Shown here piece by piece: positions 26,989-39,322 of a stretch of 64,000 nucleotides of DNA. How positions within the stretch are numbered: the first letter of the stretch is position 1; each line of letters starts with the position of its first letter. The stretch is taken from contig JAQGDQ010000694.1 of the NCBI GenBank assembly GCA_030141605.1, positions 1 to 64,000 of the forward strand, in the 5' to 3' direction. The notes below the pieces were generated by a model. The model was given only the letters and a program-made list of their open reading frames with translations, made no database searches and had not been told where the DNA came from. The stretch comes from Tubiluchus corallicola. Lineage: Eukaryota; Animalia; Priapulida. Made by a program: the position numbers and the translations under genes.

Positions 26989-27140
26989 CGTTTCACAGTT
27001 GGTAGACTGTCCCACAGCTGTAGACCAGCGCTTGTTGCCCATGTACAGGTCATCCTTCCCTTTCTCGGGCACCTCTGCTGAGTTAGTGAGGTTGTTTAAT
27101 GCTGGTTCACTGCCCCTTCTCACTAGTAGCATGGATAAAC
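26989..27140 (-). CDS. pard3: Par-3 coding exon 4 (RRGSEPAL Par-1/14-3-3 site)
   Basis: tttctaatag|(G)LSMLLVRRGSEPALNNLTNSAEVPEKGKDDLYMGNKRWSTAVGQSTNCET|gtaacc; 152 nt, phase 1/0; VRR.S.PAL and RWST motifs are typical of Par-3. Confidence 0.95.
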
Positions 27141-27959
27141 CTATTAGAAACAAAACCAAAATTGTTTATAGGGTAAATGACATTAACATGTGCAACTAGT
27201 ATTGTCAGTCTCAGCATCATTGTCATTACCATTGTTCACAATTATATCATAATCGTTATGCTATGTTGCCATCATGACCGTCATCGTGGTCGTTGTCATC
27301 ATCATCATGTCACTGTCCTCAGTATCACCCTTACTATCATCGCCATAGTCTTCACTGCCACAATTATGCCATGAGCATATCAAATAGCATTTTATTTACC
27401 ATTAATATTATCGTCATCATCATTACCACCACTGCCGCCGCTGCCATCATCATCATCATCATCATCATCATTGTCAGTATCACTCTTATCATCATCCCCA
27501 CTGTCTATATTGCCAAACTATACTACACAGTTGAAGCAAAACTGGTCTTTGCGATGACCCCAAAAAATAAAAAAGTCAAACGAACTAGACAATATAACAG
27601 TGGCCTTTAGCAAGACCTCACAAACTGATCATCCAAAAAAATTTTGGTAACTGCAAACTATTACTAACGTTATGCAAGGTTAGATAAAAGCTTTTCATTT
27701 TCAAGAGATATGAAATTCGGTCCAAACTTCTGCAGTCTCCCACCAGCATTTAGAATATGAAAAACTAGAACATTATTTACAGCTAGAAACTTGTACGATG
27801 GATCAGAGGACACTAAGTGAGGAAATCGCTGACTTAACACTAAAGAGGAGAAAGTGATTTTCGAAACTTTTGCATACGACTGGCCCCCAATAGCATTATG
27901 CTAGACAATAATATGGCACATCATCAAGTGTTATTACTAACTTTAGACAAAGGAATAGC

Positions 27960-28065
27960 TATTATTATTATTATTAAAAATCTTTATTGAAAATGGTACA
28001 ATAAGCCCTCTATTTGCAGGGCACGTAAGTACAAAAATGTTAAATAAATCTTACACTATGTACAC
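27960..28065 (-). mobile_element. Short 3' tail of the same LINE family as 45325-45430
   Basis: ATTATTAAAAATCTTTATTGAAAAT..ATAAGCCCTCTATTTGC..GTACAAAAATGTTAAATAAATCTTACACTATGTACA is the reverse complement of 45325-45430. Confidence 0.7.
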
Positions 28066-28499
28066 AAAATTCTTCACAGTTACAATTTCTTACTAAACAA
28101 GCTAACACAACTGCATTACGATTTATTACATATCTAATATTTGCGTACAATGTTCATACATGTTTTACTGTATGTACAAATAGTATATGTTGTAGCTTCT
28201 ACATGCGTAAGTAATCTTACATTAATGTAATTCGTATATAAATGCTAAGTTTATCGTGATCCTGCTGATGACAGTGCGTGCGCTTAGCAACCAAAGTTAG
28301 GCAAAACTCATCCCGGTTATTAAATGGAAGGGTCGCCCAGGGAAAGACACCTTTCCAGATTCAGTATTTCATCATAGAAGCTTATTGTAAAAATGAGCAA
28401 AATTCCAGTCTTTCAGCAACCATCGATGCATATATTATATATTATAAATTATTAGTATAGTATAAGTATTAGTATTAGTAAAGTATAAATTAGTATAAA

Positions 28500-28990
28500 T
28501 TACATATTTTGTTCTAGCCTTGTTTCGATTTTTGAGTTTTTAGTTTCACCTTGCACTATTTTTGTTACTATTGCTTGATATATGTTTTGCCTTAAAGTGA
28601 ATTTTGTTTTTGCTCTGGAGTTTGATTTTGTTGCTTTTGTGTGATATAATTTTTGCCTTTGGTTGAATTCTGTTTTGCTTTGCTTGTGATAAATTCTTTT
28701 ACATTCAGTTGAGTTGCGTTTGCTTGATAAAATTTTCGCTTTGAGTTTCATTTTGTTTGATATAATTTTCTGCTATAAGTTAAATACCGTTTTGCATTGC
28801 TTGTGAAAACTTCCTTTTATTCTGAGTGGAATTGCATTTTTGCTTTGAGTAGATTTTTGTTGCTTTTGTTTGATATTATTTTTTGCTCTACGTTGAATTT
28901 CATAAATTTTTTGCTGGATGTTATGCCTTGTTATGCTTTGAATTACATTTCTGCGTTGCGTTGATTTTTGTTGCTTTTGCCTTTTATATA
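28500..28990. repeat. Degenerate T-rich tandem repeat (~40 bp period)
   Basis: Recurrent TTTTGTTGCTTTTG..TGATA..TTTT motifs. Confidence 0.6.
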
Positions 28991-30139
28991 TACACAAACA
29001 CCTAAAAAATGTCATGAGCCTGTAAGTAAACTTGTATTTTTAATAAGAGGCAGCTGCCCAAGTGACCACTAGGTCTTTCGCTGCTCCTTCTCAGCTGCAA
29101 TGAAATGTAAAAATAATTGTCGAATTTTGACTGCTATTGAGAAAATAAATTGAATTGAATTGATGTAAGGCTTGCCAGCGGACACCGACTAGCAGCTTGC
29201 AGTGCCAAAATTAATAACAAATGAAAGAATCAAAATTAGTAGAGGTGCTTTGGCTTCTCAAATTTGGAAGGTAATCTTGCCCAGCAAATCACAAAAAGCA
29301 GTTGCTCATATAAAGAACCACACGACTTGAGCAGAAAAAGCGCGTATATGAAAAACATCACGAAATGAACTTGAGGCGTACACGTTTCATTAACATAATT
29401 AAATGCAAATCACTAAATCATTGCAAATTTGAAGAATTTGAAAGTTCATCAATTAACAGATTTAAAACATGCGTAATTAATGGGCTGACAAATGATATCA
29501 ACTGATACTTTATTAAACTGTCATCTCAGATTAAATAAATAAATTGATCACAGATGAATCATCTCGACTAGACCTACGACAACTACAAATTTTTGCTTTT
29601 GATGCACTGAAGCTGGGATTCAGATCAAAAGTGGGAGGGCTTGCTTAAAGTTGATAGATGTGGCAGTACTGGTACCTCATTCATTATCAGCAACAGCCCT
29701 CAAAGCCGATGTAAAGATCGGCAGCAGTATCCAAAATAACATAATAGTAATTTAGAGAAAAAAGTGCACGATAATAACTGACTGAGAAGTGGAGCAATGG
29801 TGGCCACTGACGAGTCTGCCAAGTAAGCAAGCAAGCAAGTAAGTAAGTTTATTAGTTTATCACCATTTTTAAAATAGCAAAATACATAACTAAGAGATTT
29901 ATAAATCTGTACAACATATAATAATATTACAAAGTGCAAAAGTAATTATTGATTAGTGGTGAAAGGGTGGCAAAAGAACTATAAGTCATCGAGGTCAGCC
30001 ACCCTCTCAGAATTGTTACTAATATAATTAATTAGTTAATGCGCATGTACCAGATAATTAAAAATTATCAGATTTTGCATTTAAGACGAATAAAAATTGA
30101 ATTATTATAAGAATGTGTTAGTTTATAATAAAAGAAGAG

Positions 30140-30278
30140 ACACGTGACTATCTTTAAATAATAATTTAACCATTACGTATTTAAACACACGTGACTATCT
30201 TTAAATAATAATTCAACCATTACGTATTTAAACACACGTGACTATCTTTAAATAATAATTTAACCATTACGTATTTAA
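30140..30278. repeat. 47-bp tandem repeat, three copies
   Basis: ACACGTGACTATCTTTAAATAATAATTTAACCATTACGTATTTAAAC x3. Confidence 0.9.
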
Positions 30279-31754
30279 AATTAATGTTATGAGGGCCTTA
30301 GAGCCAAAGGAAGAAAAAAAAATTAATTTTCCGCATGCAGCTGGCAATGGTCCTGTAAACGTGCATTTTGCTTTAACAAAATTAACGCGTTCCAGTTGCG
30401 AATAAACAGGCACAGATACTGTTACGCAGTAAGGGAAAACACGAAATAAAACATACTTGAACGAATAAACAAAAACTGTTTAGTGTTTGTGCTAACAGCC
30501 CAGACACTACAAAACAAGGAAACGTGAGACCGGTGAAAGATAAACAATTCAAACGTTTTCAGCAAACACACGAAAATCCAAGACCTATTTTTCAAGATGG
30601 TCAGTCATCGCAGAAACTGCCAACTCAACACTAAACACCGAAAAATGTAGATAGAAACGGAAATTAAAATTTTTAATGACAAGAATAATGATAGTTACTG
30701 AAAAATCCCATAGTTAAAATAGTTTAAAGGCACTATGTTGTAAACCGCCATTGCAGCAGGTGAAAAGGGGGAGCCAGTGATACTTTTTACCTATTGTGCT
30801 GATATGGACGGTATTTCAATTGTTGTACCAACGTAATTTTAATTACGCGATTATGTACCTTTATAAGTTTGATATTTTATGTTTAAATAATATGAAAAAA
30901 CAAAAATTTGTTTAAGTGTCTTTACGTGATTTCTTTTCTACCTGATAGTAAACCCCAACAGCAGTTTCAAACGTCCTGCCTTTTCATTTGTGGGGATTTT
31001 TTAGTAACAGATGTAAACATCATTATCTTACCATCCTATCCTTATATGGCCAATAGGAAAAGTCTTGAAAGCACTGGCTATTTTCTTTTTACATTTATTA
31101 AATAAAAAAATCGAAACAGGACACTTGTAAGTTACGTTTTTTACCTTGAAAAGCTTAAACAGAAGTGGCACAGTCAAAACCACCAACCACGTATCCAAAA
31201 TTCGCTCAGCGCATCTGCATAAAAGTTCATTTCAGGCTCTTCCTGTAATTTATCCACGTGAAACAAACCAGCGCTTGATATGAGAAAATTACTCACATCA
31301 GCTGGCACACCACAAAATCAAGTAAGTATGAAACTTTTATTGCCCAAGGTGCAGTAAGACACACATACATCGTGAACACAAGATTGGCTGTGACAACAAC
31401 GCACAGATACCTCCCCTCGGACAGGGTCATGCCTATTGCATGAATGCCAAACACAACACATATTAATGTTGCTTACCAAACCACAAAAGCATACAGAGCT
31501 AAACAAACAATTTAAGTTTAATGAGAAAGTTTAACGCCGTGTTACGAGCGACTTCAAATTGAAGTGAAGCGAATCAAAGCAGTAAGCCATGATAACGAAG
31601 ATACGACTACACCCACGGTCGAAATACAAGGATACTTGTCAGTATTATTACACGGTAATAAAAGCAGCTATCAACAACAGTCAGTCATAAGATTGATAGG
31701 AAAAAAAACAACTATGCCGCCTTTTGCTCATAAAGTTGCCAGTACATTGTTTGC

Positions 31755-31874
31755 GACTACAGCCAAATCACGTTGAAAACACCGGCTCTCGTCTGATCAC
31801 CGAAGTTAAGCAACGTAGAGCCTGGTTAGTAATTGGATGGGTGACCGCCTAGGAATACCAGGTGTTGTAGGCTT
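31755..31874 (+). rRNA. 5S rRNA-like sequence (SINE head or pseudogene rather than a true 5S gene)
   Basis: GACTACAGCCAAATCACGTTGAAAACACCGGCTCTCGTCTGATCACCGAAGTTAAGCAACGTAGAGCCTGGTTAGTAATTGGATGGGTGACCGCCTAGGAATACCAGGTGTTGTAGGCTT follows the metazoan 5S consensus, with box A (AGTTAAGC) and box C (GGATGGGTGACCGCC). Confidence 0.9.
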
Positions 31875-32307
31875 GCTGGGGATGCCCACACTGTATTTCG
31901 ACACTAGGCCGAGGAGCTGCACAAGCAGCTAACGGCTAGAGGGCAGAGGAGGTCAAGTGACCCAACAGCCATGTGTAGAGGAGTAAACCTTCCAAATCAG
32001 GAGTGGAGCCCTGAAGGCGGACCAGTGCAGCATGCTCACTGACTCCGGCAGCTCCTGCAGCCAACCTGGTGCCAAACGTATCGCTCCGCTTTCCTTTGGA
32101 CTACACCAGCAAGGAACAGAGGGGGTTCCTGTTGTCTGGGCAACTCAAGATCTCCATACATCTTGCCCAGGCGTGCGCCCTGGAGACGTTCAGGGATCGC
32201 ACTGCTCAGCCTCAGTCGACGCTGCAGCTCCATCATTGTGATCAATAACTGACTCTCTTGGCGCACACTCCATTGTCTTCTGAGACAGAAGGATGCCAAC
32301 CAACAAA
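31755..32307 (+). mobile_element. 5S rRNA-derived SINE (SINE3-type) with RTE-like body and (CCAA) tail
   Basis: Begins with a full 120-nt 5S-like sequence that lacks a T-run terminator. It continues into a ~430 bp GC-rich body, ends CCAACCAACAAA and is flanked by the 9-bp direct repeat ATTGTTTGC (31746-31754 and 32308-32316). Confidence 0.82.
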
Positions 32308-32976
32308 ATTGTTTGCAGTGAGGATTCAATTTTAAAGTCTTAACAACACAATATGTACGAAAAAGAAAGTTTGCGGCAAAACAGCTGTAGTGGAAATAAT
32401 AGCCTAGAACTGAACGCAGCTACTTTTGTAACAACAATTCGCTAAGAAAAACGATGACAGGCGAGATTTGGAAAGAAAATTTCAACAAAGCTCTAAAAAC
32501 GCCCCCAATTATAATGATATGCCATAAAACAAGCTCATCGATATGACTTAACCGAAAAGAAACCTTCATCTTTTTTGAGAACCTCGGTAAGTTTTCGGAT
32601 TTGGTTCAAAACAGAAACTACATTCGGTGATTACCATTTCCAAACTAACATTGCATGAGAAGGGATACCAGAATTGCACCCTCCAATAAGCGACAGATCT
32701 AATCTCCATAAAACCTTCAACTGAAGGGCTTTATGCTTTCTGAGATTAATTTTTTTTAATAAATATCAGGCTATCATTTATGTCAAATCATATCGAAACT
32801 AGTCTATCTTAAATGCCGTTGGTGCCAGGTAATTACAGCATGCTAGCTGTAATTTAATCATAAATATGTTATCCTACTTCAAGAGTTGGAAAGAAGATGC
32901 TGTCCTCATTCTACAATGTAAAGTCTACTTCAAAATTTTATATGGTCCGTGTAACACTGTCATTTACAACAAATAC

Positions 32977-33154
32977 CTGGAGGAACTTGAGAATCGGCAG
33001 TAACCTCGACATCGTTTTCGGCAAACTCCGTCAAGTCTCGATTTAGGTTGCCGTTGCCGTGAAAGAGTTCCGGACTCTCGGTTCCGACCGAGCTTCCGCT
33101 AGTGCCGTCCCCGCCATTGTGAGCATGGTGCTGTTCGTCAAACAGTGCCAGTAT
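32977..33154 (-). CDS. pard3: Par-3 coding exon 3
   Basis: gtttag|ILALFDEQHHAHNGGDGTSGSSVGTESPELFHGNGNLNRDLTEFAENDVEVTADSQVPP+G|gtattt; 178 nt, phase 0/1; contains the conserved A.FDEQ..GGDGTS.SS.GT.SPE and EVT motifs. Confidence 0.95.
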
Positions 33155-33717
33155 CTAAACAAGTAAAAAGTATAGTTTTTAACAACACAGAGAGTATAAG
33201 ATTGTTTTTTATTTGCTGCAAAACAAACAATCACTCTAGCAATCGTCAGAACAACAATAAGAACAAGATTAGTTCATTAATTTTTTTTGCATTGCAGTAA
33301 AAATCAACGGAGAGCTAGACATATTTGGGGTTTCTTTATAAGAACTTGCGTTCTACAGTTTGCAATATATGCAAATTCTATAGTTTGTATCTTTTATTAT
33401 TAAAATGCTGGTTAGTTTAGTTTAAACATAATTTATTATAGGATTGGATCAGACAGTCAGACATGATTCAGGATCCTCACCACAACAGACTTTAATCACT
33501 ATTTACAGTAAGAATAGACTATAGCTACACAAGCTGACAAGTTTTACTACAAGATAACATTAGACATTAGTAACATTTACAGTAAGAATTGACTATACCT
33601 GCACAAGCTGACAAGTTTTACTACAAGATTACATTAGACATTAGTAGAAAATGACGGTTAGAAAATATTAATGTACGAATATTTAAGACTGATGCATTTT
33701 ATATCAGGTAGAAACTA

Positions 33718-33850
33718 CTAGAAGCGTTTAGTACGTAATATAAAGTCATAAATGCATTGGAATATTTTACAGTTAGCAACATAGTTAAATTCATCTTTAC
33801 CGAATAATAACAACTTCAACAGATCATTAGTTCCTAAACCAACTATATTA
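33718..33850 (-). mobile_element. LINE (CR1/Crack-like) extreme C-terminal fragment
   Basis: LLLFG...N.KIF..IYDFI..TKRF* is a common CR1-group ORF2 terminus. Confidence 0.55.
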
Positions 33851-36800
33851 AGGTTTTCAGGCAAATCCTGGTTGTAACTACTCAATGGGTGAATCGGTTT
33901 CATGAAACTGCTAAATCACGAATACTCACAATCATATCCATATTATCCGTACAATATGAATATCACAGTATCCATATTATTAAGCAAGGATACGAAGCCA
34001 GGAAATCTATGTGTCTACAGTGTCTGCTTGTCCACAAAGGGCGTGCAAAGCTTGGTTAGTAAATGGATGGAAGAGCAGTTTCACCTGCCATACTCCCTCT
34101 GGTTACACTCAAGCGAGGAAAGACACATATACACATTTGAATCTCTGAGCGTGACTGAGGCTCCTTTTGTGAGGTAACATTGAAAGTTCCAGTACGGCTA
34201 AGATCTTTCAAAATAATTCAACACATTCAACAGCGTTTATAAGGGGTTAAGTGGCAGATCAGCATCGCGTTGCAAGGTGATGAAAGCGAAATTCGTGCTA
34301 ACTACAAACCAAATTCAAAACTGTGGCACGCTCAAGTGTTCAATGTTCATAAATTTATCTTCATTTTTTCATTTACCCCCACATTCAGCGAACTTACTTT
34401 TCATTCGATGACTGACACTGATTGTGTACTAAAACTCCTAGACACTTACATCAGTGGTCACAGGATGTTGTCAGCAGTATAGCCAACTAAACGTATTTCA
34501 TTTTATCAACACATAAGACGCGTTATAAACTTCTTTATTTACTCATTCACAAGCGTTTAACTTAAAAATTTTACAGATATTTTAAATTCTAACTTGTTCC
34601 AACTTCTTGTACTTTTCTGAGTAGTTCTCAGATTTGCAGCAAAATTCATGCAGTTACACCTTCTACTGGCAAACCACAAAGCAATTTTACGACAATACAG
34701 GTAGCGGAAGATTAATGATATAACAAAAGAAACAGCACTTCAACAAAAAACATGCAATCACAACATCATTGCGAGCAAATCACGATCAAGGTACGGTGTA
34801 ATGATAAAAATTGCGAGTTAAAGTTTTCGCGTGCACTTTGGGGTCAGCTGAATACGAACAAAGGAAAGATTCTTTACATGGCGGAACAGCAAACAACTTG
34901 GCTGATGAGTTATATTCATATATTATAATTAAGCCACTAAAATAACGGTAATCCCGGGTAGCAATCTTCGAATGCAAACAATTCCGCGTGTGTGTGTGTG
35001 CGTTTTTTGCGAGCAGCAAGAGAGAAAACGGCAGTGTCGGTGTTGTGGAATTACAATTCATCGGCCAGGCGGTACAAAAGGGTCATGGTGTCAAAAATTA
35101 CTGGTAAATATTAGCGAACCTCAGACAAACTTTCGCCAAGAGGCATCTAAATTGTACGATTGACTTTCATGTACCGTGTGAACCGAAACGTATGACCAGA
35201 ACACCTGAGACGAGATTTGATTATGTATGTAGACGTGGAGGTGTGATTGCTTTGAAGGGGTGCAAAACTGCTGGTGGTCCACCTCCACTTTAGTCAGTTT
35301 ACATGGTTGGTAAATGACCTCAAACTCCACCATTTTCCAATTTTAAGACAAATTTGCATCAGAAATCACAAAAAACTTACGTTAATTTTTTTAGTAAATG
35401 GAAAACTCCGCATTTTGCAGAGAAAATCTGTGATCACAAATTTTAGTTCCGCGAAACTATGGTGAACGTTAGTTTGTATACTACTAACACTCTTACACAA
35501 TGAATTACATCAATCTTTTACAATTATTCATTGCATTCAAGCAGCCTGACACGCTCAGACAACTACTCATTCAACAGCCTGAACGACTGAAGATGAATTT
35601 CAAAACGTAGAAATGTACGAGTTCTAAAACGAGTTTATTAAACTCCCCGGAATTACATAAACACCTAGAAACTACTAACTCTAACTCTAAAACTTACTCT
35701 ACTCACACTAAAATTAGAAAGGCATCATCTAGGTACGAAACAGGCGCAACAAGTTCCGATTCAAGGTTAATGAAAGAATCTTATCTACGCCATGGCCTTT
35801 AGCAGATTTTAACCTGATACTTTGTCAATGAGTAAAAGTTACACTAGGAACGGCATCACCTATGATTTTGGGATAGTAGCTTATCAAAGCTATTTGAATT
35901 TTGAGGTCAGTGTCAAAGGTCATTACCTCGTTGAAAAACACACTTCAGTAATCGATTACAGTCACCTGAGGTCACTAATAAGCCCCGTAACACAAATGCA
36001 TATTGCGTGGACATGGTGGTCATTTAATTGTCTCCTAGCATTCTCTCTAACAGCACATGTATTTGTTCCAAGACTTGCGGGCCATTTCAGATTGAAAAAT
36101 CAACTAGTAACCCACGTCTCTCCAAAAGACAGATACACAGCCGGAGTTGTTGATTTTAATTAAACGCCCATTCCCCACCTAATAATTAACCTACTGTACC
36201 ATGACACTACGAAAAATGTCCCCTCAAAAAGCACAGCTCATTAGGTGAGCACCGAGCACCTTCCCAAACACAAGAAACACCCGATAAATTAGAAAAGGTA
36301 ACCGGAGTGAACATAACGAGTCATTAAACTCATTTAGCTTAAGTCGCAATAATTTACACAGCTTACGCCGTATTTACCCTCAAAGCAAATTGCGTAGAAG
36401 AATGTGCTAAAAACGAGCAAACATGTGTGAGGTAAGCTGAGGTTATTCTCTATGCCTGGAGGACACTCATTAAAGAATTGTTGAAGTTACACATCACAGA
36501 TCAGCTATTGACGAAATTCTCAGCAATGATAATTCAACAAGACGCCTGTTTATCATATAATAAATGTGAGTTTCAATCGTAATCGCTAGCATTCAATATC
36601 CAAAACGTATTCGGGCTCATCTAACTAGTTACGTAATTATTAGGAACTCACATCTAGGTGTAAGAAACTATCTTATTAAACCGAATAATACAATTTACAG
36701 GTTTTAGATGGTAATCTCCATTATCAAGATTTTCCCTCGCAAAGAGAACCATAATTGATAGACATCTTATTGCAAACTGCATGGTGACGTCATAATGATA

Positions 36801-38362
36801 ATAGATGTAACTGTATTTATTGTGTGTGTTGGATTTAGCTGATTGCTAAGTAAGCTCCTTTATTTAGTTTACATTCTTTGTGATAATACGCCGCCACAAG
36901 CAGTTACATATTCACATCACATATTTAGATTTTAGCTTAAAACACAAGCAGCAACGACAGCATATGCAGATAGACTCAGGGCCGGCTCTACTACTAGGCA
37001 ATTGACGTCTAACATAATGTCAATCATTTCCGTTGACTGCCCAATCAGCGTGCAAGTTACTTCACACATCCGCAGAGCTTAATTAACGCAGGTACGTTCG
37101 GGACATTTAGTTACAGCTTCGTCTAACACTGTTATGAAAAATGCTCAACTTTACATTAGACAGTGGGAGAAATACTGGTCTGGTTCGAGATTTTATTATT
37201 GTCAATTGAAATTGCAAATGAATTAGTGAAATAGTCTAGTTTCGTTTAGCGCATTTTTTCGCCTAAAGCGCTAAATCTTGGGGGGGGGGGACAAATTCTG
37301 GAAGTATTATGTAATTATTTCGTTTTTAATGTGTAATGTAAAATAATGTAATTTATGTGTAATTGCTTAAGTGCACCTAAACGAAAGGTAAAAGCTAGCG
37401 AGTGGCAACAGAATCTTTCAAAGAAGCATTTGCAGCTAGACCAGAATTACGGTTGCGAAGATTATCAAGCTAAGTAGAGGTATACGTAAAAAGAGAAGTA
37501 TTTGGGGTTTAGGAAAATGTTGCCAAGATTAGTAGAAATTTGATTGCTCCTGTGAACGCAGGACGTACAATGTGGGTCATAAATTGAATTTCAAATTCAA
37601 TCAACCCAAGCTATAGACAGGTAATTAGCTACACTTAATTAGTACACTATAATACATGTATAAGACAAACACACTGGTGTCGTTATGCTTTATTATAATA
37701 TTGTACAAGAATTGGGGGTGTGGTGAGAACTGTGGAGAAAGAGGTAGCACTACCCTTAAGTAGTATACAGAAAAATATTGGTTCATTTCCTATACGTCAT
37801 ATTGTGTCATTTCTACTACATTTTTCTGTGTTTTTACTGACTTACTATAATTTAGCAATTGCAATAATGCTACCTATTGCTTTTAAATTTTTCTTTGTGC
37901 ATGCATTTACAGCAATTACAACGCATACAGTAGTACTGCATTGTTGTATGTGTGTAAATTTCCAAAATAAAATTTCTAATAATAATTTCTATTGTTGATT
38001 GTCAGGAATGTTTTTAAGGTGCAACTGAAAAATCTTAAAAAGGTTAAAAAAACTGGCCATAAGGAACTTGAAAAGATATTTGCAAACTTATTACAAAGTT
38101 AAATAGGACACATACAAAAAAACGTGACACATAAATTCAAACTTCTTAAAATATATTTAGAATAATGCAACGTAACAGAACGATACCAGCAAAAAATGAA
38201 CAACTTAAAACCTGGTTAAATGAAGGCGTTCTGTAAGCTTTCCCGTGAGTAAATACTCAAATACACAGGGTTTATAGAATTGTAAGTTAAGGCCACATTG
38301 AGAGGGTTGAATGACATTGGAGTGCAAATTATTTGTGAAAAAGTGAGAGATCCTTCTCTTAC

Positions 38363-38467
38363 CTGCTCTCTGTCATCCACCACGTCGCTGAGAAGGTCGT
38401 CCGGATCAAGAATTCCCTCATCTTTTGTTGTTTTGAGGTTATGCACATGAACCCAGTGATCTGCAGA
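38363..38467 (-). CDS. pard3: Par-3 coding exon 2
   Basis: tttttttcag|SADHWVHVHNLKTTKDEGILDPDDLLSDVVDDREQ|gtaaga; 105 nt, phase 0/0; matches the conserved Par-3 motif GILD.DD.L.DV.DD. Confidence 0.96.
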
Positions 38468-39087
38468 CTGAAAAAAAACGAATTCCTATTAGGTGGTATC
38501 AGTCACATCTTTGAAAACGCGTCAGAGAAGTCAGTTCCTTAAAAAGATGCAGTTTCTATAATTTTACGGAAAATTATAAATGCAGAAAAACTAAGAATGT
38601 ACCAATAATGATAGTCAGAAATCAAACGGCGCAATATAGTCTTCATTTTACGCTAGAACATTGACAAAACCATCGCAATTATTGTGGCGCTTTGCAAATG
38701 TGTAACTTTCGTGCAAATTTATAATAACCTAATAATTATAAATATACATATACATATATCTAATTATATATATATATATATATATATATTATATTCGTCT
38801 TTTAGGTAGATTTAGTACAACGTCTCTCTCTTCTTATCTGAGCAGAAGAATAAAAAATAAAGGCAAGTTCTCGACATGATGCCGAAAGCACTGTACCGAC
38901 TTTAGTATTGTTTTTTATTCTGAATTACACATATATGAGGGTACAGTAATCTTTTATTTTCAGTGCTGAGCGGCTTTATAGGTCAAAACAAATAATATAT
39001 ATATATATAATATAATAATATACATATATACTATTACTAATATTAATAATATATATATATACTGTTATTAATATTAATAATATTTAT

Positions 39088-39322
39088 CCATACCCAGCAC
39101 CACCCATGGCCCGTTCCCGTTCTCCAGATCTCAGGCGTATAACTTTCGCAAAAAACGGCGAAAAATGGCCATTTTTGGAGGTTTTTCGCCCCCCCCCCGT
39201 TCTTCGCGGTCGGCCCGATTCGAAAAATAAACCCCCAATGGCACGACACTAGATCGAGACCTTTCGTTTTATGTATAGATCGCCGGGAATGGTGCCGTCG
39301 TCCGAGCTGTAGCCTCGAATCT
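39088..39322. mobile_element. GC-rich island within TA microsatellite, possibly a non-autonomous Helitron/Helentron-like element
   Basis: Sharp composition shift with (TA)n on both sides; GAGACCTTTCGTTTTATGTATAGATCG resembles HINE-type internal motifs (from recall only). Confidence 0.35.

Noticed and set aside
31755-31874. Functional stand-alone 5S rRNA gene
   Set aside because: There is no oligo-T terminator, it is not in a tandem array, several positions deviate from consensus, and it shares one TSD with the downstream body.
33043-33234. Supplied 63-aa minus-strand ORF
   Set aside because: Wrong frame; the real coding sequence here is Par-3 exon 3 in another frame.
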